Position numbers and translations under genes: made by a program. A DNA stretch of 64,000 bases, taken from the NCBI GenBank assembly GCA_964016885.1, contig OZ024754.1, positions 20,150,001 through 20,214,000 of the forward strand, written 5' to 3'. The notes beneath the pieces were generated by a model, which made no database searches, had not been told where the DNA came from, and saw nothing but the letters and a program-made list of their open reading frames with translations. Origin of the DNA: Eledone cirrhosa (Eukaryota). This document shows positions 42,001 through 57,819 of the stretch, in pieces (positions within the stretch are counted from its first letter, which is position 1; each line of letters opens with the position of its first letter).

Positions 42001-45000
42001 ATATAGTTACTTTAGTTTCAACACAGTCTCAGATCAGATCACTTGCCAAACATGAACAACTGTGGCTAAAATGACTCTTCCATGATATAGTTACTTTAGT
42101 TTCAACACAATCTCAGATGCAGTCACTTGCGAGACATGTACAACTGTGGCTAAAATGACTCTTCCATGATATAGTTACTTTAGTTTCAACACAGTCGTAG
42201 ATCAAGTCACTTGCCAGACTGTGGCTAAAATGACTCTTCCATGATATAGTTACTTTAGTTTCAACACAGTCTCAGATCAAGTTACTTGCCAGACATGTAC
42301 AACTGTGGCTAAAATGACTCTTCCATGATATAGTTACTTTAGTTTCAACACAATCTCAGATCAAGTCACTTGCCAGACATGTACAACTGTGGCTAAAGTG
42401 ACTCTTCCATGATATAGTTACTTTAGTTTCAACACAGTCTCAGATCAAGTCACTTGCCAGACATGTAAAACTGTGGCTAAAATGACTCTTCCATGATATA
42501 GTTACTTTAGTTTCAACACAATCTCAGATCAAGTCACTTACCAGACATGTACAACAGTGGCTAAAATGACTCTTCCATGATATAGTTACTTTAGTTTCAA
42601 CACAGTTTCAGATCAAGTCACTTGCCAGACATGTACAACTGTGGCTAAAATGACTCTTCCATGATATAGTTACTTTAGTTTCAACACAGTCACAGATCAA
42701 GTCACTTGCCAGACATGTACAACTATGGCTAAAATGACTCTTCCATGATATAGTTACTTTAGTTTCAACACAATCTCATATCAAGTTACTTGCCAGACAT
42801 GTACAACTGTGGCTAAAATGACTCTTCCATGATATAGTTACTTTAGTTTCAACACAGTCACAGATCAAGTCACTTGCCAGACATGTACAACTGTGGCTAA
42901 AATGACTCTTCCGTGATATAGTTACTTTAGTTTCAACACAGTCTCAGATCAAGTCACTTGTCATACATGTACAACTGTGGCTAAAATGACTCTTCCATGA
43001 TATAGTTACTTTAGTTTCAACACAATCTCAGATCAAGTCACTTGCCAGACATGTACAACTGTGGCTAAAATGACTCTTCCATGATATAGTTACTTTAGTT
43101 TCAACACAGTCTCAGATCAGATCACTTGCCAAACATGAACAACTGTGGCTAAAATGACTCTTCCATGATATAGTTACTTTAGTTTCAACACAATCTCAGA
43201 TGCAGTCACTTGCGAGACATGTACAACTGTGGCTAAAATGACTCTTCCATGATATAGTTACTTTAGTTTCAACACAGTCGTAGATCAAGTCACTTGCCAG
43301 ACTGTGGCTAAAATGACTCTTCCATGATATAGTTACTTTAGTTTCAACACAGTCTCAGATCAAGTTACTTGCCAGACATGTACAACTGTGGCTAAAATGA
43401 CTCTTCCATGATATAGTTACTTTAGTTTCAACACAATCTCAGATCAAGTCACTTGCCAGACATGTACAACTGTGGCTAAAGTGACTCTTCCATGATATAG
43501 TTACTTTAGTTTCAACACAGTCTCAGATCAAGTCACTTGCCAGACATGTAAAACTGTGGCTAAAACGACTCTTCCATGATATAGTTACTTTAGTTTCAAC
43601 ACAATCTCAGATCAAGTCACTTACCAGACATGTACAACAGTGGCTAAAATGACTCTTCCATGATATAGTTACTTTAGTTTCAACACAGTTTCAGATCAAG
43701 TCACTTGCCAGACATGTACAACTGTGGCTAAAATGACTCTTCCATGATATAGTTACTTTAGTTTCAACACAGTCACAGATCAAGTCACTTGCCAGACATG
43801 TACAACTATGGCTAAAATGACTCTTCCATGATATAGTTACTTTAGTTTCAACACAATCTCATATCAAGTTACTTGCCAGATATGTACAACTGTGGCTAAA
43901 ATGACTCTTCCATGATATAGTTACTTTAGTTTCAACACAGTCACAGATCAAGTCACTTGCCAGACATGTACAACTGTGGCTAAAATGACTCTTCCGTGAT
44001 ATAGTTACTTTAGTTTCAACACAGTCTCAGATCAAGTCACTTGTCATACATGTACAACTGTGGCTAAAATGACTCTTCCATGATATAGTTACTTTATTTT
44101 CAACACAGTCACAGATCAAGTCACTTGCCAGACATGTACAACTGTGGCTAAAGTGACTCTTCCATGATATAGTTACTTTAGTTTCAACACAGTCTCAGAT
44201 CAAGTCACTTGCCAGACATGTAAAACTGTGGCTAAAATGACTCTTCCGTGATATAGTTACTTTAGTTTCAACACAATCTCAGATCAGGTCACTTGCCAGA
44301 CATGTACAACAGTGGCTAAAATGACTCTTCCATGATATAGTTACTTTAGTTTCAACACAGTTTCAGATCAAGTCACTTGCCAGACATATACAACTGTGGC
44401 TAAAATGACTCTTCCATGATATATTTACTTTAGTTTCAACACAGTCACAGATCAAGTCACTTGCCAGACATGTACAACTGTGGCTAAAATCGCTCTTCCA
44501 TGATATAGTTACTTTAGTTTCAACACAATCTCAGATGAAGTCACTTGCCAGACATGTACATCTGTGGCTAAAATCGCTCTTACATGATATAGTTACTTTA
44601 GTTTCAACACAGTCTCAGATCAAGTCACTTGCCAGACATGTACAACTGTGGCTAAAATGTCTCTTCCATGATATAGTTACTTTAGTTTCAACACAATCTC
44701 AGATCAAGTCACTTGCCAGACATGTACAACCGTGGCTAAAATGAATCTTCCATGATATAGTTACTTTAGTTTCAACACTGTCTTAGATCTAGTCACTTGC
44801 CAGACTGTGGCTAAAATGACTCTCCCATGATATAGTTACTTTAGTTTCAAAACAGTCTCAGATCAAGTCACTTGCCAGACATGTACATCTGTGGCTAAAA
44901 TGACTCTTCCATGATATAGTTTCTTTAGTTTCAACACAGTCTCAGATCAAGTCACTTGCCAGACATGTACAACTGTGGCTAAAATGACTCTTCCATGATA

Positions 45001-48000
45001 TAGTTACTATAGTTTCAACACAGTCTCAGATCAAGTCACTTGCCAGACATGTACAACTGTGGCTAAAATGACACTTCCATGATATAGTTACTTTAGTTTC
45101 AACACAGTCTCAGATCAAGTCACTTGCCAGACATGTACAACTATGGCTAAAATGACTCTTCCATGATATAGTTACTTTAGTTTCAACACAATCTCATATC
45201 AAGTTACTTGCCAGACATGTACAACTGTGGCTAAAATGACTCTTCCATGATATAGTTACTTTAGTTTCAACACAGTCACAGATCAAGTCACTTGCCAGAC
45301 ATGTACAACTGTGGCTAAAATGACTCTTCCGTGATATAGTTACTTTAGTTTCAACACAGTCTCAGATCAAGTCACTTGTCATACATGTACAACTGTGGCT
45401 AAAATGACTCTTCCATGATATAGTTACTTTATTTTCAACACAGTCACAGATCAAGTCACTTGCCAGACACGTACAACTATGGCTAAAATGACTCTTCCAT
45501 GATATAGTTACTTTAGTTTCAACACAATCTCAGATCAAGTCACTTGCCAGACATGTACAACTGTGGCTAAAATGACTCTTCCATGATATAGTTACTTTAG
45601 TTTCAACACAGTCTCAGATCAGATCACTTGCCAAACATGAACAACTGTGGCTAAAATGACTCTTCCATGATATAGTTACTTTAGTTTCAACACAATCTCA
45701 GATGCAGTCACTTGCGAGACATGTACAACTGTGGCTAAAATGACTCTTCCATGATATAGTTACTTTAGTTTCAACACAGTCGTAGATCAAGTCACTTGCC
45801 AGACTGTGGCTAAAATGACTCTTCCATGATATAGTTACTTTAGTTTCAACACAGTCTCAGATCAAGTTACTTGCCAGACATGTACAACTGTGGCTAAAAT
45901 GACTCTTCCATGATATAGTTACTTTAGTTTCAACACAATCTCAGATAAAGTCACTTGCCAGACATGTACAACTGTGGCTAAAGTGACTCTTCCATGATAT
46001 AGTTACTTTAGTTTCAACACAGTCACAGATCAAGTCACTTGCCAGACATGTACAACTGTGGCTAAAATGACTCTTCCGTGATATAGTTACTTTAGTTTCA
46101 ACACAGTCTCAGATCAAGTCACTTGTCATACATGTACAACTGTGGCTAAAATGACTCTTCCATGATATAGTTACTTTATTTTCAACACAGTCACAGATCA
46201 AGTCACTTGCCAGACACGTACAACTATGGCTAAAACGACTCTTCCATGATATAGTTACTTTAGTTTCAACACAATCTCAGATCAAGTCACTTGCCAGACA
46301 TGTACAACTGTGGCTAAAATGACTCTTCCATGATATAGTTACTTTAGTTTCAACACAGTCTCAGATCAGATCACTTGCCAAACATGAACAACTGTGGCTA
46401 AAATGACTCTTCCATGATATAGTTACTTTAGTTTCAACACAATCTCAGATGCAGTCACTTGCGAGACATGTACAACTGTGGCTAAAATGACTCTTCCATG
46501 ATATAGTTACTTTAGTTTCAACACAGTCGTAGATCAAGTCACTTGCCAGACTGTGGCTAAAATGACTCTTCCATGATATAGTTACTTTAGTTTCAACACA
46601 GTCTCAGATCAAGTTACTTGCCAGACATGTACAACTGTGGCTAAAATTACTCTTCCATGATATAGTTACTTTAGTTTCAACACAATCTCAGATCAAGTCA
46701 CTTGCCAGACATGTACAACTGTGGCTAAAGTGACTCTTCCATGATATAGTTACTTTAGTTTCAACACAATCTCAGATCAAATCACTTACCAGACATGTAC
46801 AACAGTGGCTAAAATGACTCTTCCATGATATAGTTACTTTAGTTTCAACACAGTCACAGATCAAGTCACTTGCCAGACATGTACAACTGTGGCTAAAATG
46901 ACTCTTCCGTGATATAGTTACTTTAGTTTCAACACAGTCTCAGATCAAGTCACTTGTCATACATGTACAACTGTGGCTAAAATGACTCTTCCATGATATA
47001 GTTACTTTATTTTCAACACAGTCACAGATCAAGTCACTTGCCAGACACGTACAACTATGGCTAAAATGACTCTTCCATGATATAGTTACTTTAGTTTCAA
47101 CACAATCTCAGATCAAGTCACTTGCCAGACATGTACAACTGTGGCTAAAATGACTCTTCCATGATATAGTTACTTTAGTTTCAACACAGTCTCAGATCAG
47201 ATCAGTTGCCAAACATGAACAACTGTGGCTAAAATGACTCTTCCATGATATAGTTACTTTAGTTTCAACACAATCTCAGATGCAGTCACTTGCGAGACAT
47301 GTACAACTGTGGCTAAAATGACTCTTCCATGATATAGTTACTTTAGTTTCAACACAGTCGTAGATCAAGTCACTTGCCAGACTGTGGCTAAAATGACTCT
47401 TCCATGATATAGTTACTTTAGTTTCAACACAGTCTCAGATCAAGTTACTTGCCAGACATGTACAACTGTGGCTAAAATGACTCTTCCATGATATAGTTAC
47501 TTTAGTTTCAACACAATCTCAGATCAAGTCACTTGCCAGACATGTACAACTGTGGCTAGAGTGACTCTTCCATGATATAGTTACTTTAGTTTCAACACAG
47601 TCTCAGATCAAGTCACTTGCCAGACATGTAAAACTGTGGCTAAAATGACTCTTCCATGATATAGTTACTTTAGTTTCAACACAATCTCAGATCAAGTCAC
47701 TTACCAGACATGTACAACAGTGGCTAAAATGACTCTTCCATGATATAGTTACTTTAGTTTCAACACAGTTTCAGATCAAGTCACTTGCCAGACATGTACA
47801 ACTGTGGCTAAAATGACTCTTCCATGATATAGTTACTTTAGTTTCAACACAGTCACAGATCAAGTCACTTGCCAGACATGTACAACTATGGCTAAAATGA
47901 CTCTTCCATGATATAGTTACTTTAGTTTCAACACAATCTCATATCAAGTTACTTGCCAGATATGTACAACTGTGGCTAAAATGACTCTTCCATGATATAG

Positions 48001-48173
48001 TTACTTTAGTTTCAACACAGTCACAGATCAAGTCACTTGCCAGACATGTACAACTGTGGCTAAAATGACTCTTCCGTGATATAGTTACTTTAGTTTCAAC
48101 ACAGTCTCAGATCAAGTCACTTGTCATACATGTACAACTGTGGCTAAAATGACTCTTCCATGATATAGTTACT
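39100..48173 (+). repeat. Duplication with a 5163-bp (62-monomer) offset (about 39100-43010 copied at about 44263-48173)
   Basis: ORF cassette 39372/44535, GATAAAGTCA 40781/45944 and TAAAACGACT 41068/46231 are all 5163 apart. 5163 = 62x84 - 45. Confidence 0.88.
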
Positions 48174-51100
48174 TTATTTTCAACACAGTCACAGATCAAG
48201 TCACTTGCCAGACACGTACAACTATGGCTAAAATGACTCTTCCATGATATAGTTACTTTAGTTTCAACACAATCTCAGATCAAGTCACTTGCCAGACATG
48301 TACAACTGTGGCTAAAATGACTCTTCCATGATATAGTTACTTTAGTTTCAACACAGTCTCAGATCAAGTCACTTGTCATACATGTACAACTGTGGCTAAA
48401 ATGACTCTTCCATGATATAGTTACTTTATTTTCAACACAGTCACAGATCAAGTCACTTGCCAGACACGTACAACTATGGCTAAAATGACTCTTCCATGAT
48501 ATAGTTACTTTAGTTTCAACACAATCTCAGATCAAGTCACTTGCCAGACATGTACAACTGTGGCTAAAATGACTCTTCCATGATATAGTTACTTTAGTTT
48601 CAACACAGTCTCAGATCAGAATACTTGCCAAAAATGAACAACTGTGGCTAAAATGACTCTTCCATGATATAGTTACTTTAGTTTCAACACAATCTCAGAT
48701 GCAGTCACTTGCGAGACATGTACAACTGTGGCTAAAATGACTCTTCCATGATATAGTTACTTTAGTTTCAACACAGTCGTAGATCAAGTCACTTGCCAGA
48801 CTGTGGCTAAAATGACTCTTCCATGATATAGTTACTTTAGTTTCAACACAGTCTCAGATCAAGTTACTTGCCAGACATGTACAACTGTGGCTAAAATGAC
48901 TCTTCCATGATATAGTTACTTTAGTTTCAACACAATCTCAGATCAAGTCACTTGCCAGACATGTACAACTGTGGCTAAAGTGACTCTTCCATGATATAGT
49001 TACTTTAGTTTCAACACAGTCTCAGATCAAGTCACTTGCCAGACATGTAAAACTGTGGCTAAAATGACTCTTCCGTGATATAGTTACTTTAGTTTCAACA
49101 CAGTCTCAGATCAAGTCACTTGCCAGACATGTACAACTGTGGCTGAAATGACTCTTCCATGATATAGTTACTTTAGTTTCAACACAATCTCAGATCAGGT
49201 CACTTGCCAGACATGTACAACAGTGGCTAAAATGACTCTTCCATGATATAGTTACTTTAGTTTCAACACAGTTTCAGATCAAGTCACTTGCCAGATATAT
49301 ACAACTGTGGCTAAAATGACTCTTCCATGATATATTTACTTTAGTTTCAACACAGTCACAGATCAAGTCACTTGCCAGACATGTACAACTGTGGCTAAAA
49401 TCGCTCTTCCATGATATAGTTACTTTAGTTTCAACACAATCTCAGATGAAGTCACTTGCCAGACATGTACATCTGTGGCTAAAATCGCTCTTACATGATA
49501 TAGTTACTTTAGTTTCAACACAGACTCAGATCAAGTCACTTGCCAGACATGTACAACTGTGGCTAAAATGTCTCTTCCATGATATAGTTACTTTAGTTTC
49601 AACACAATCTCAGATCAAGTCACTTGCCAGACATGTACAACCGTGGCTAAAATGAATCTTCCATGATATAGTTACTTTAGTTTCAACACTGTCTTAGATC
49701 TAGTCACTTGCCAGACTGTGGCTAAAATGACTCTCCCATGATATAGTTACTTTAGTTTCAAAACAGTCTCAGATCAAGTCACTTGCCAGACATGTACATC
49801 TGTGGCTAAAATGACTCTTCCATGATATAGTTTCTTTAGTTTCAACACAGTCTCAGATCAAGTCACTTGCCAGACATGTACAACTGTGGCTAAAATGACT
49901 CTTCCATGATATAGTTACTATAGATTCAACACAGTCTCAGATCAAGTCACTTGCCAGACATGTACAACTGTGGCTAAAATGACACTTCCATGATATAGTT
50001 ACTTTAGTTTCAACACAGTCTCAGATCAAGTCACTTGCCAGACATGTACAACTGTGGCTGAAATGACTCTTCCATGATATAGTTACTTTAGTTTCAACAC
50101 AGTCACAGATGAAGTCACTTGCCAGACATGTACAACTGAGGCTAAAATGACTCTTCCATGATATAGTTACTTTAGTTTCAACACAATCTCAGATCAAGTC
50201 ACTTACCAGACATGTACAACAGTGGCTAAAATGACTCTTCCATGATATAGTTACTTTAGTTTCAACACAGTGTCAGATCAAGTCACTTGCTAGACATGTA
50301 CAACTGTGGCTAAAATGACTCTTCCATGATATAGTTACTTTAGTTTCAACACAGTCACAGATCAAGTCACTTGCCAGACATGTACAACTATGGCTAAAAT
50401 GACTCTTCCATGATATAGTTACTTTAGTTTCAACACAATCTCATATCAAGTTACTTGCCAGACATGTACAACAGTGGCTAAAATGACTCTTCCATGATAT
50501 AGTTACTTTAGTTTCAACACAGTCACAGATCAAGTCACTTGCCAGACATGTACAACTGTGGCTAAAATGACTCTTCCGTGATATAGTTACTTTAGTTTCA
50601 ACACAGTCTCAGATCAAGTCACTTGTCATACATGTACAACTGTGGCTAAAATGACTCTTCCATGATATAGTTACTTTATTTTCAACACAGTCACAGATCA
50701 AGTCACTTGCCAGACACGTACAACTATGGCTAAAATGACTCTTCCATGATATAGTTACTTTAGTTTCAACACAATCTCCGATCAAGTCACTTGCCAGACA
50801 TGTACAACTGTGGCTAAAATGACTCTTCCATGATATAGTTACTTTAGTTTCAACACAGTCTCAGATCAGATCACTTGCCAAACATGAACAACTGTGGCTA
50901 AAATGACTCTTCCATGATATAGTTACTTTAGTTTCAACACAATCTCAGATGCAGTCACTTGCGAGACATGTACAACTGTGGCTAAAATGACTCTTCCATG
51001 ATATAGTTACTTTAGTTTCAACACAGTCGTAGATCAAGTCACTTGCCAGACTGTGGCTAAAATGACTCTTCCATGATATAGTTACTTTAGTTTCAACACA

Positions 51101-54100
51101 ATCTCAGATCAAGTCACTTGCCAGACATGTACAACTGTGGCTAAAGTGACTCTTCCATGATATAGTTACTTTAGCTTCAACACAGTCTCAGATCAAGTCA
51201 CTTGCCAGACATGTAAAACTGTGGCTAAAATGACTCTTCCGTGATATAGTTACTTTAGTTTCAACACAGTCTCAGATCAAGTCACTTGCCAGACATGTAC
51301 AACTGTGGCTAAAATGACTCTTCCATGATATAGTTACTTTAGTTTCAACACAATCTCAGATCAGGTCACTTGCCAGACATGTACAACAGTGGCTAAAATG
51401 ACTCTTCCATGATATAGTTACTTTAGTTTCAACACAGTTTCAGATCAAGTCACTTGCCAGACATATACAACTGTGGCTAAAATGACTCTTCCATGATATA
51501 TTTACTTTAGTTTCAACACAGTCACAGATCAAGTCACTTGCCAGACATGTACAACTGTGGCTAAAATCGCTCTTCCATGATATAGTTACTTTAGTTTCAA
51601 CACAATCTCAGATGAAGTCACTTGCCAGACATGTACATCTGTGGCTAAAATCGCTCTTACATGATATAGTTACTTTAGTTTCAACACAGTCTCAGATCAA
51701 GTCACTTGCCAGACATGTACAACTGTGGCTAAAATGTCTCTTCCATGATATAGTTACTTTAGTTTCAACACAATCTCAGATCAAGACACTTGCCAGACAT
51801 GTACAACTCTGGCTAAAATGACTCTTCCATGATATAGTTACTTTAGTTTCAAAACAGTCTCAGATCAAGTCACTTGCCAGACATGTACATCTGTGGCTAA
51901 AATGACTCTTCCATGATATAGTTACTTTAGTTTCAACACAGTCACAGATCAAGTCACTTGCCAGACATGTACAACTATGGCTAAAATGACTCTTCCATGA
52001 TATAGTTACTCTAGTTTCAACACAGTCACAGATGAAGTCACTTGCCAGACATGTACAACTGAGGCTAAAATGACTCTTCCATGATATAGTTACTTTAGTT
52101 TCAACACAATCTCAGATCAAGTCACTTACCAGACATGTACAACAGTGGCTAAAATGACTCTTCCATGATATAGTTACTTTAGTTTCAACACAGTTTCAGA
52201 TCAAGTCACTTGCCAGACATGTACAACTGTGGCTAAAATGACTCTTCCATGATATAGTTACTTTAGTTTCAACACAGTCACAGATCAAGTCACTTGCCAG
52301 ACATGTACAACTATGGCTAAAATGACTCTTCCATGATATAGTTACTTTAGTTTCAACACAATCTCAGATCAAGTCACTTGCCAGACATGTACAACTGTGG
52401 CTAAAATGACTCTTCCATGATATAGTTACTTTAGTTTCAACACAGTCTCAGATCAGATCACTTGCCAAACATGAACAACTGTGGCTAAAATGACTCTTCC
52501 ATGATATAGTTACTTTAGTTTCAACACAATCTCAGATGCAGTCACTTGCGAGACATGTAGAACTGTGGCTAAAATGACTCTTCCATGATATAGTTACTTT
52601 AGTTTCAACACAGTCGTAGATCATGTCACTTGCCAGACTGTGGCTAAAATGACTCTTCCATGATATAGTTACTTTAGTTTCAACACAGTCTCAGATCAAG
52701 TTACTTGCCAGAAATGTACAACTGTGGCTAAAATGACTCTTCCATGATATAGTTACTTTAGTTTCAACACAATCTCAGATCAAGTCACTTGCCAGACATG
52801 TACAACTGTGGCTAAAGTGACTCTTCCATGATATAGTTACTTTAGTTTCAACACAGTCTCAGATCAAGTCACTTGCCAGACATGTAAAACTGTGGCTAAA
52901 ATGACTCTTCCGTGATATAGTTACTTTAGTTTCAACACAGTCTCAGATCAAGTCACTTGCCAGACATATACAACTGTGGCTAAAATGACTCTTCCATGAT
53001 ATATTTACTTTAGTTTCAACACAGTCACAGATCAAGTCACTTGCCAGACATGTACAACTGTGGCTAAAATCGCTCTTCCATGATATAGTTACTTTAGTTT
53101 CAACACAATCTCAGATGAAGTCACTTGCCAGACATGTACATCTGTGGCTAAAATCGCTCTTACATGATATACTTACTTTAGTTTCAACACAGTCTCAGAT
53201 CAAGTCACTTGCCAGACATGTACAACTGTGGCTAAAATGTCTCTTCCATGATATAGTTACTTTAGTTTCAACACAATCTCAGATCAAGTCACTTGCCAGA
53301 CGTGTACAACTGTGGCTAAAATGACTCTTCCATGATATAGTTACTTTAGTTTCAACACTGTCTTAGATCTAGTCACTTGCCAGACTGTGGCTAAAATGAC
53401 TCTCCCATGATATAGTTACTTTAGTTTCAAAACAGTCTCAGATCAAGTCACTTGCCAGACATGTACATCTGTGGCTAAAATGACTCTTCCATGATATAGT
53501 TTCTTTAGTTTCAACACAGTCTCAGATCAAGTCACTTGCCAGACATGTACAACTGTGGCTGAAATGACTCTTCCATGATATAGTTACTTTAGTTTCAACA
53601 CAGTCACAGATGAAGTCACTTGCCAGACATGTACAACTGAGGCTAAAATGACTCTTCCATGATATAGTTACTTTAGTTTCAACACAATCTCAGATCAAGT
53701 CACTTACCAGACATGTACAACAGTGGCTAAAATGACTCTTCCATGATATAGTTACTTTAGTTTCAACACAGTTTCAGATCAAGTCACTTGCCAGACATGT
53801 ACAACTGTGGCTAAAATGACTCTTCCATGATATAGTTACTTTAGTTTCAACACAGTCACAGATCAAGTCACTTGCCAGACATGTACAACTATGGCTAAAA
53901 TGACTCTTCCATGATATAGTTACTTTAGTTTCAACACAATCTCATATCAAGTTACTTGCCAGACATGTACAACTGTGGCTAAAATGACTCTTCCATGATA
54001 TAGTTACTTTAGTTTCAACACAGTCACAGATCAAGTCACTTGCCAGACATGTACAACTGTGGCTAAAATGACTCTTCCGTGATATAGTTACTTTAGTTTC

Positions 54101-57100
54101 AACACAGTCTCAGATCAAGTCACTTGTCATACATGTACAACTGTGGCTAAAATGACTCTTCCATGATATAGTTACTTTATTTTCAACACAGTCACAGATC
54201 AAGTCACTTGCCAGACACGTACAACTATGGCTAAAATGACTCTTCCATGATATAGTTACTTTAGTTTCAACACAATCTCAGATCAAGTCACTTGCCAGAC
54301 ATGTACAACTGTGTCTAAAATGACTCTTCCATGATATAGTTACTTTAGTTTCAACACAGTCTCAGATCAGATCACTTGCCAAACATGAACAACTGTGGCT
54401 AAAATGACTCTTCCATGATATAGTTACTTTAGTTTCAACACAATCTCAGATGCAGTCACTTGCGAGACATGTACAACTGTGGCTAAAATGACTCTTCCAT
54501 GATATAGTTACTTTAGTTTCAACACAGTCTCAGATCAAGTTACTTGCCAGACATGTACAACTGTGGCTAAAATGACTCTTCCATGATATAGTTACTTTAG
54601 TTTCAACACAATCTCAGATCAAGTCACTTGCCAGATATGTACAACTGTGGCTAAAGTGACTCTTCCATGATATAGTTACTTTAGTTTCAACACAGTCTCA
54701 GATCAAGTCACTTGCCAGACATGTACAACTGTGGCTAAAATGACTCTTCCATGATATAGTTACTTTAGTTTCAACACAATCTCAGATCAGGTCACTTGCC
54801 AGACGTGTACAACAGTGGCTAAGATGACTCTTCCATGATATAGTTACTTTAGTTTCAACACAGTTTCAGATCAAGTCACTTGCCAGACATATACAACTGT
54901 GGCTAAAATGACTCTTCCATGATATATTTACTTTAGTTTCAACACAGTCACAGATCAAGTCACTTGCCAGACATGTACAACTGTGGCTAAAATCGCTCTT
55001 CCATGATATAGTTACTTTAGTTTCAACACAATCTCAGATGAAGTCACTTGCCAGCCATGTACATCTGTGGCTAAAATCGCTCTTACATGATATAGTTACT
55101 TTAGTTTCAACACAATCTCAGATCAAGACACTTGCCAGACATGTACAACTGTGGCTAAAATGTCTCTTCCATGATATAGTTACTTTAGTTTCAACACAAT
55201 CTCAGATCAAGACACTTGCCAGACATGTACAACTGTGGCTAAAATGACTCTTCCATGATATAGTTACTTTAGTTTCAACACTGTCTTAGATCTAGTCACT
55301 TGCCAGACTGTGGCTAAAATGACTCTCCCATGATATAGTTACTTTAGTTTCAAAACGGTCTCAGATCAAGTCACTTGCCAGACATGTACATCTGTGGCTA
55401 AAATGACTCTTCCATGATATAGTTACTTTAGTTTCAAAACAGTCTCAGATCAAGTCACTTGCCAGACATGTACAACTGTGGCTAAAATGACTCTTCCATG
55501 ATATAGTTACTATAGTTTCAACACAGTCTCAGATCAAGTCACTTGCCAGACATGTACAACTGTGGCTAAAATGACTCTTCCATGATATAGTTACTATAGT
55601 TTCAACACAGTCTCAGATCAAGTCACTTGCCAGACATGTACAACTGTGGCTAAAATGACTCTTCCATGATATAGTTACTTTAGTTTCAACACAATCTCAG
55701 ATCAAGTCCCTTACCAGACATGTACAACAGTGGCTAAAACGACTCTTCCATGATATAGTTACTTTAGTTTCAACACATTCACAGATCAAGTCACTTGCCA
55801 GACATGTACAACTGTGGCTAAAATGACTCTTCCATGATATAGTTACTTTAGTTTCAACACAATCTCAGATCAAGTCACTTGCCAGACATGTACAACTGTG
55901 GCTAAAGTGACTCTTCCATGATATAGTTACTTTAGTTTCAACACAGTCTCAGATCAAGTCACTTGCCAGACATGTAAAACTGTGGCTAAAATGACTCTTC
56001 CGTGATATAGTTACTTTAGTTTCAACACAGTCTCAGATCAAGTCACTTGCCAGACATGTACAACTGTGGCTAAAATGACTCTTCCATGATATATTTACTT
56101 TAGTTTCAACACAGTCACAGATCAAGTCACTTGCCAGACATGAACAACTGTGGCTAAAATCGCTCTTCCATGATATAGTTACTTTAGTTTCAACACAATC
56201 TCAGATGAAGTCACTTGCCAGACATGTACATCTGTGGCTAAAATCGCTCTTACATGATATATTTACTTTAGTTTCAACACAGTCTCAGATCAAGTCACTT
56301 GCCAGACATGTACAACTGTGGCTAAAATGTCTCTTCCATGATATAGTTACTTTAGTTTCAACACAATCTCAGATCAAGACACTTGCCAGACGTGTACAAC
56401 TGTGGCTAAAATGACTCTTCCATGATATAGTTACTTTAGTTTCAACACTGTCTTAGATCTAGTCACTTGCCAGACTGTGGCTAAAATGACTCTCCCATGA
56501 TATAGTTACTTTAGTTTCAAAACAGTCTCAGATCAAGTCACTTGCCAGACATGTACATCTGTGGCTAAAATGACTCTTCCATGATATAGTTTCTTTAGTT
56601 TCAACACAGTCTCAGATCAAGTCACTTGCCAGACATGTACAACTGTGGCTGAAATGACTCTTCCATGATATAGTTACTTTAGTTTCAACACAGTCACAGA
56701 TGAAGTCACTTGCCAGACATGTACAACTGAGGCTAAAATGACTCTTCCATGATATAGTTACTTTAGTTTCAACACAATCTCAGAACAAGTCACTTACCAG
56801 ACATGTACAACAGTGGCTAAAATGACTCTTCCATGATATAGTTACTTTAGTTTCAACACAGTTTCAGATCAAGTCACTTGCCAGACATGTACAACTGTGG
56901 CTAAAATGACTCTTCCATGATATAGTTACTTTAGTTTCAACACAGTCACAGATCAAGTCACTTGCCAGACATGTACAACTATGGCTAAAATGACTCTTCC
57001 ATGATATAGTTACTTTAGTTTCAACACAATCTCATATCAAGTTACTTGCCAGACATGTACAACTGTGGCTAAAATGACTCTTCCATGATATAGTTACTTT

Positions 57101-57819
57101 AGTTTCAACACAGTCACAGATCAAGTCACTTGCCAGACATGTACAACTGTGGCTAAAATGACTCTTCCGTGATATAGTTACTTTAGTTTCAACACAGTCA
57201 CAGATCAAGTCACTTGCCAGACACGTACAACTATGGCTAAAATGACTCTTCCATGATATAGTTACTTTAGTTTCAACACAATCTCAGATCAAGTCACTTG
57301 CCAGACATGTACAACTGTGTCTAAAATGACTCTTCCATGATATAGTTACTTTAGTTTCAACACAGTCTCAGATCAGATCACTTGCCAAACATGAACAACT
57401 GTGGCTAAAATGACTCTTCCATGATATAGTTACTTTAGTTGCAACACAATCTCAGATGCAGTCACTTGCGAGACATGTACAACTGTGGCTAAAATGACTC
57501 TTCCATGATATAGTTACTTTAGTTTCAACACAGTCTCAGATCAAGTTACTTGCCAGACATGTACAACTGTGGCTAAAATGACTCTTCCATGATATAGTTA
57601 CTTTAGTTTCGACACAATCTCAGATCAAGTCACTTGCCAGATATGTACAACTGTGGCTAAAGTGACTCTTCCATGATATAGTTACTTTAGTTTCAACACA
57701 GTCTCAGATCAAGTCACTTGCCAGACATGTAAAACTGTGGCTAAAATGACTCTTCCGTGATATAGTTACTTTAGTTTCAACACAGTCTCAGATCAAGTCA
57801 CTTGCCAGACATGTACAAC

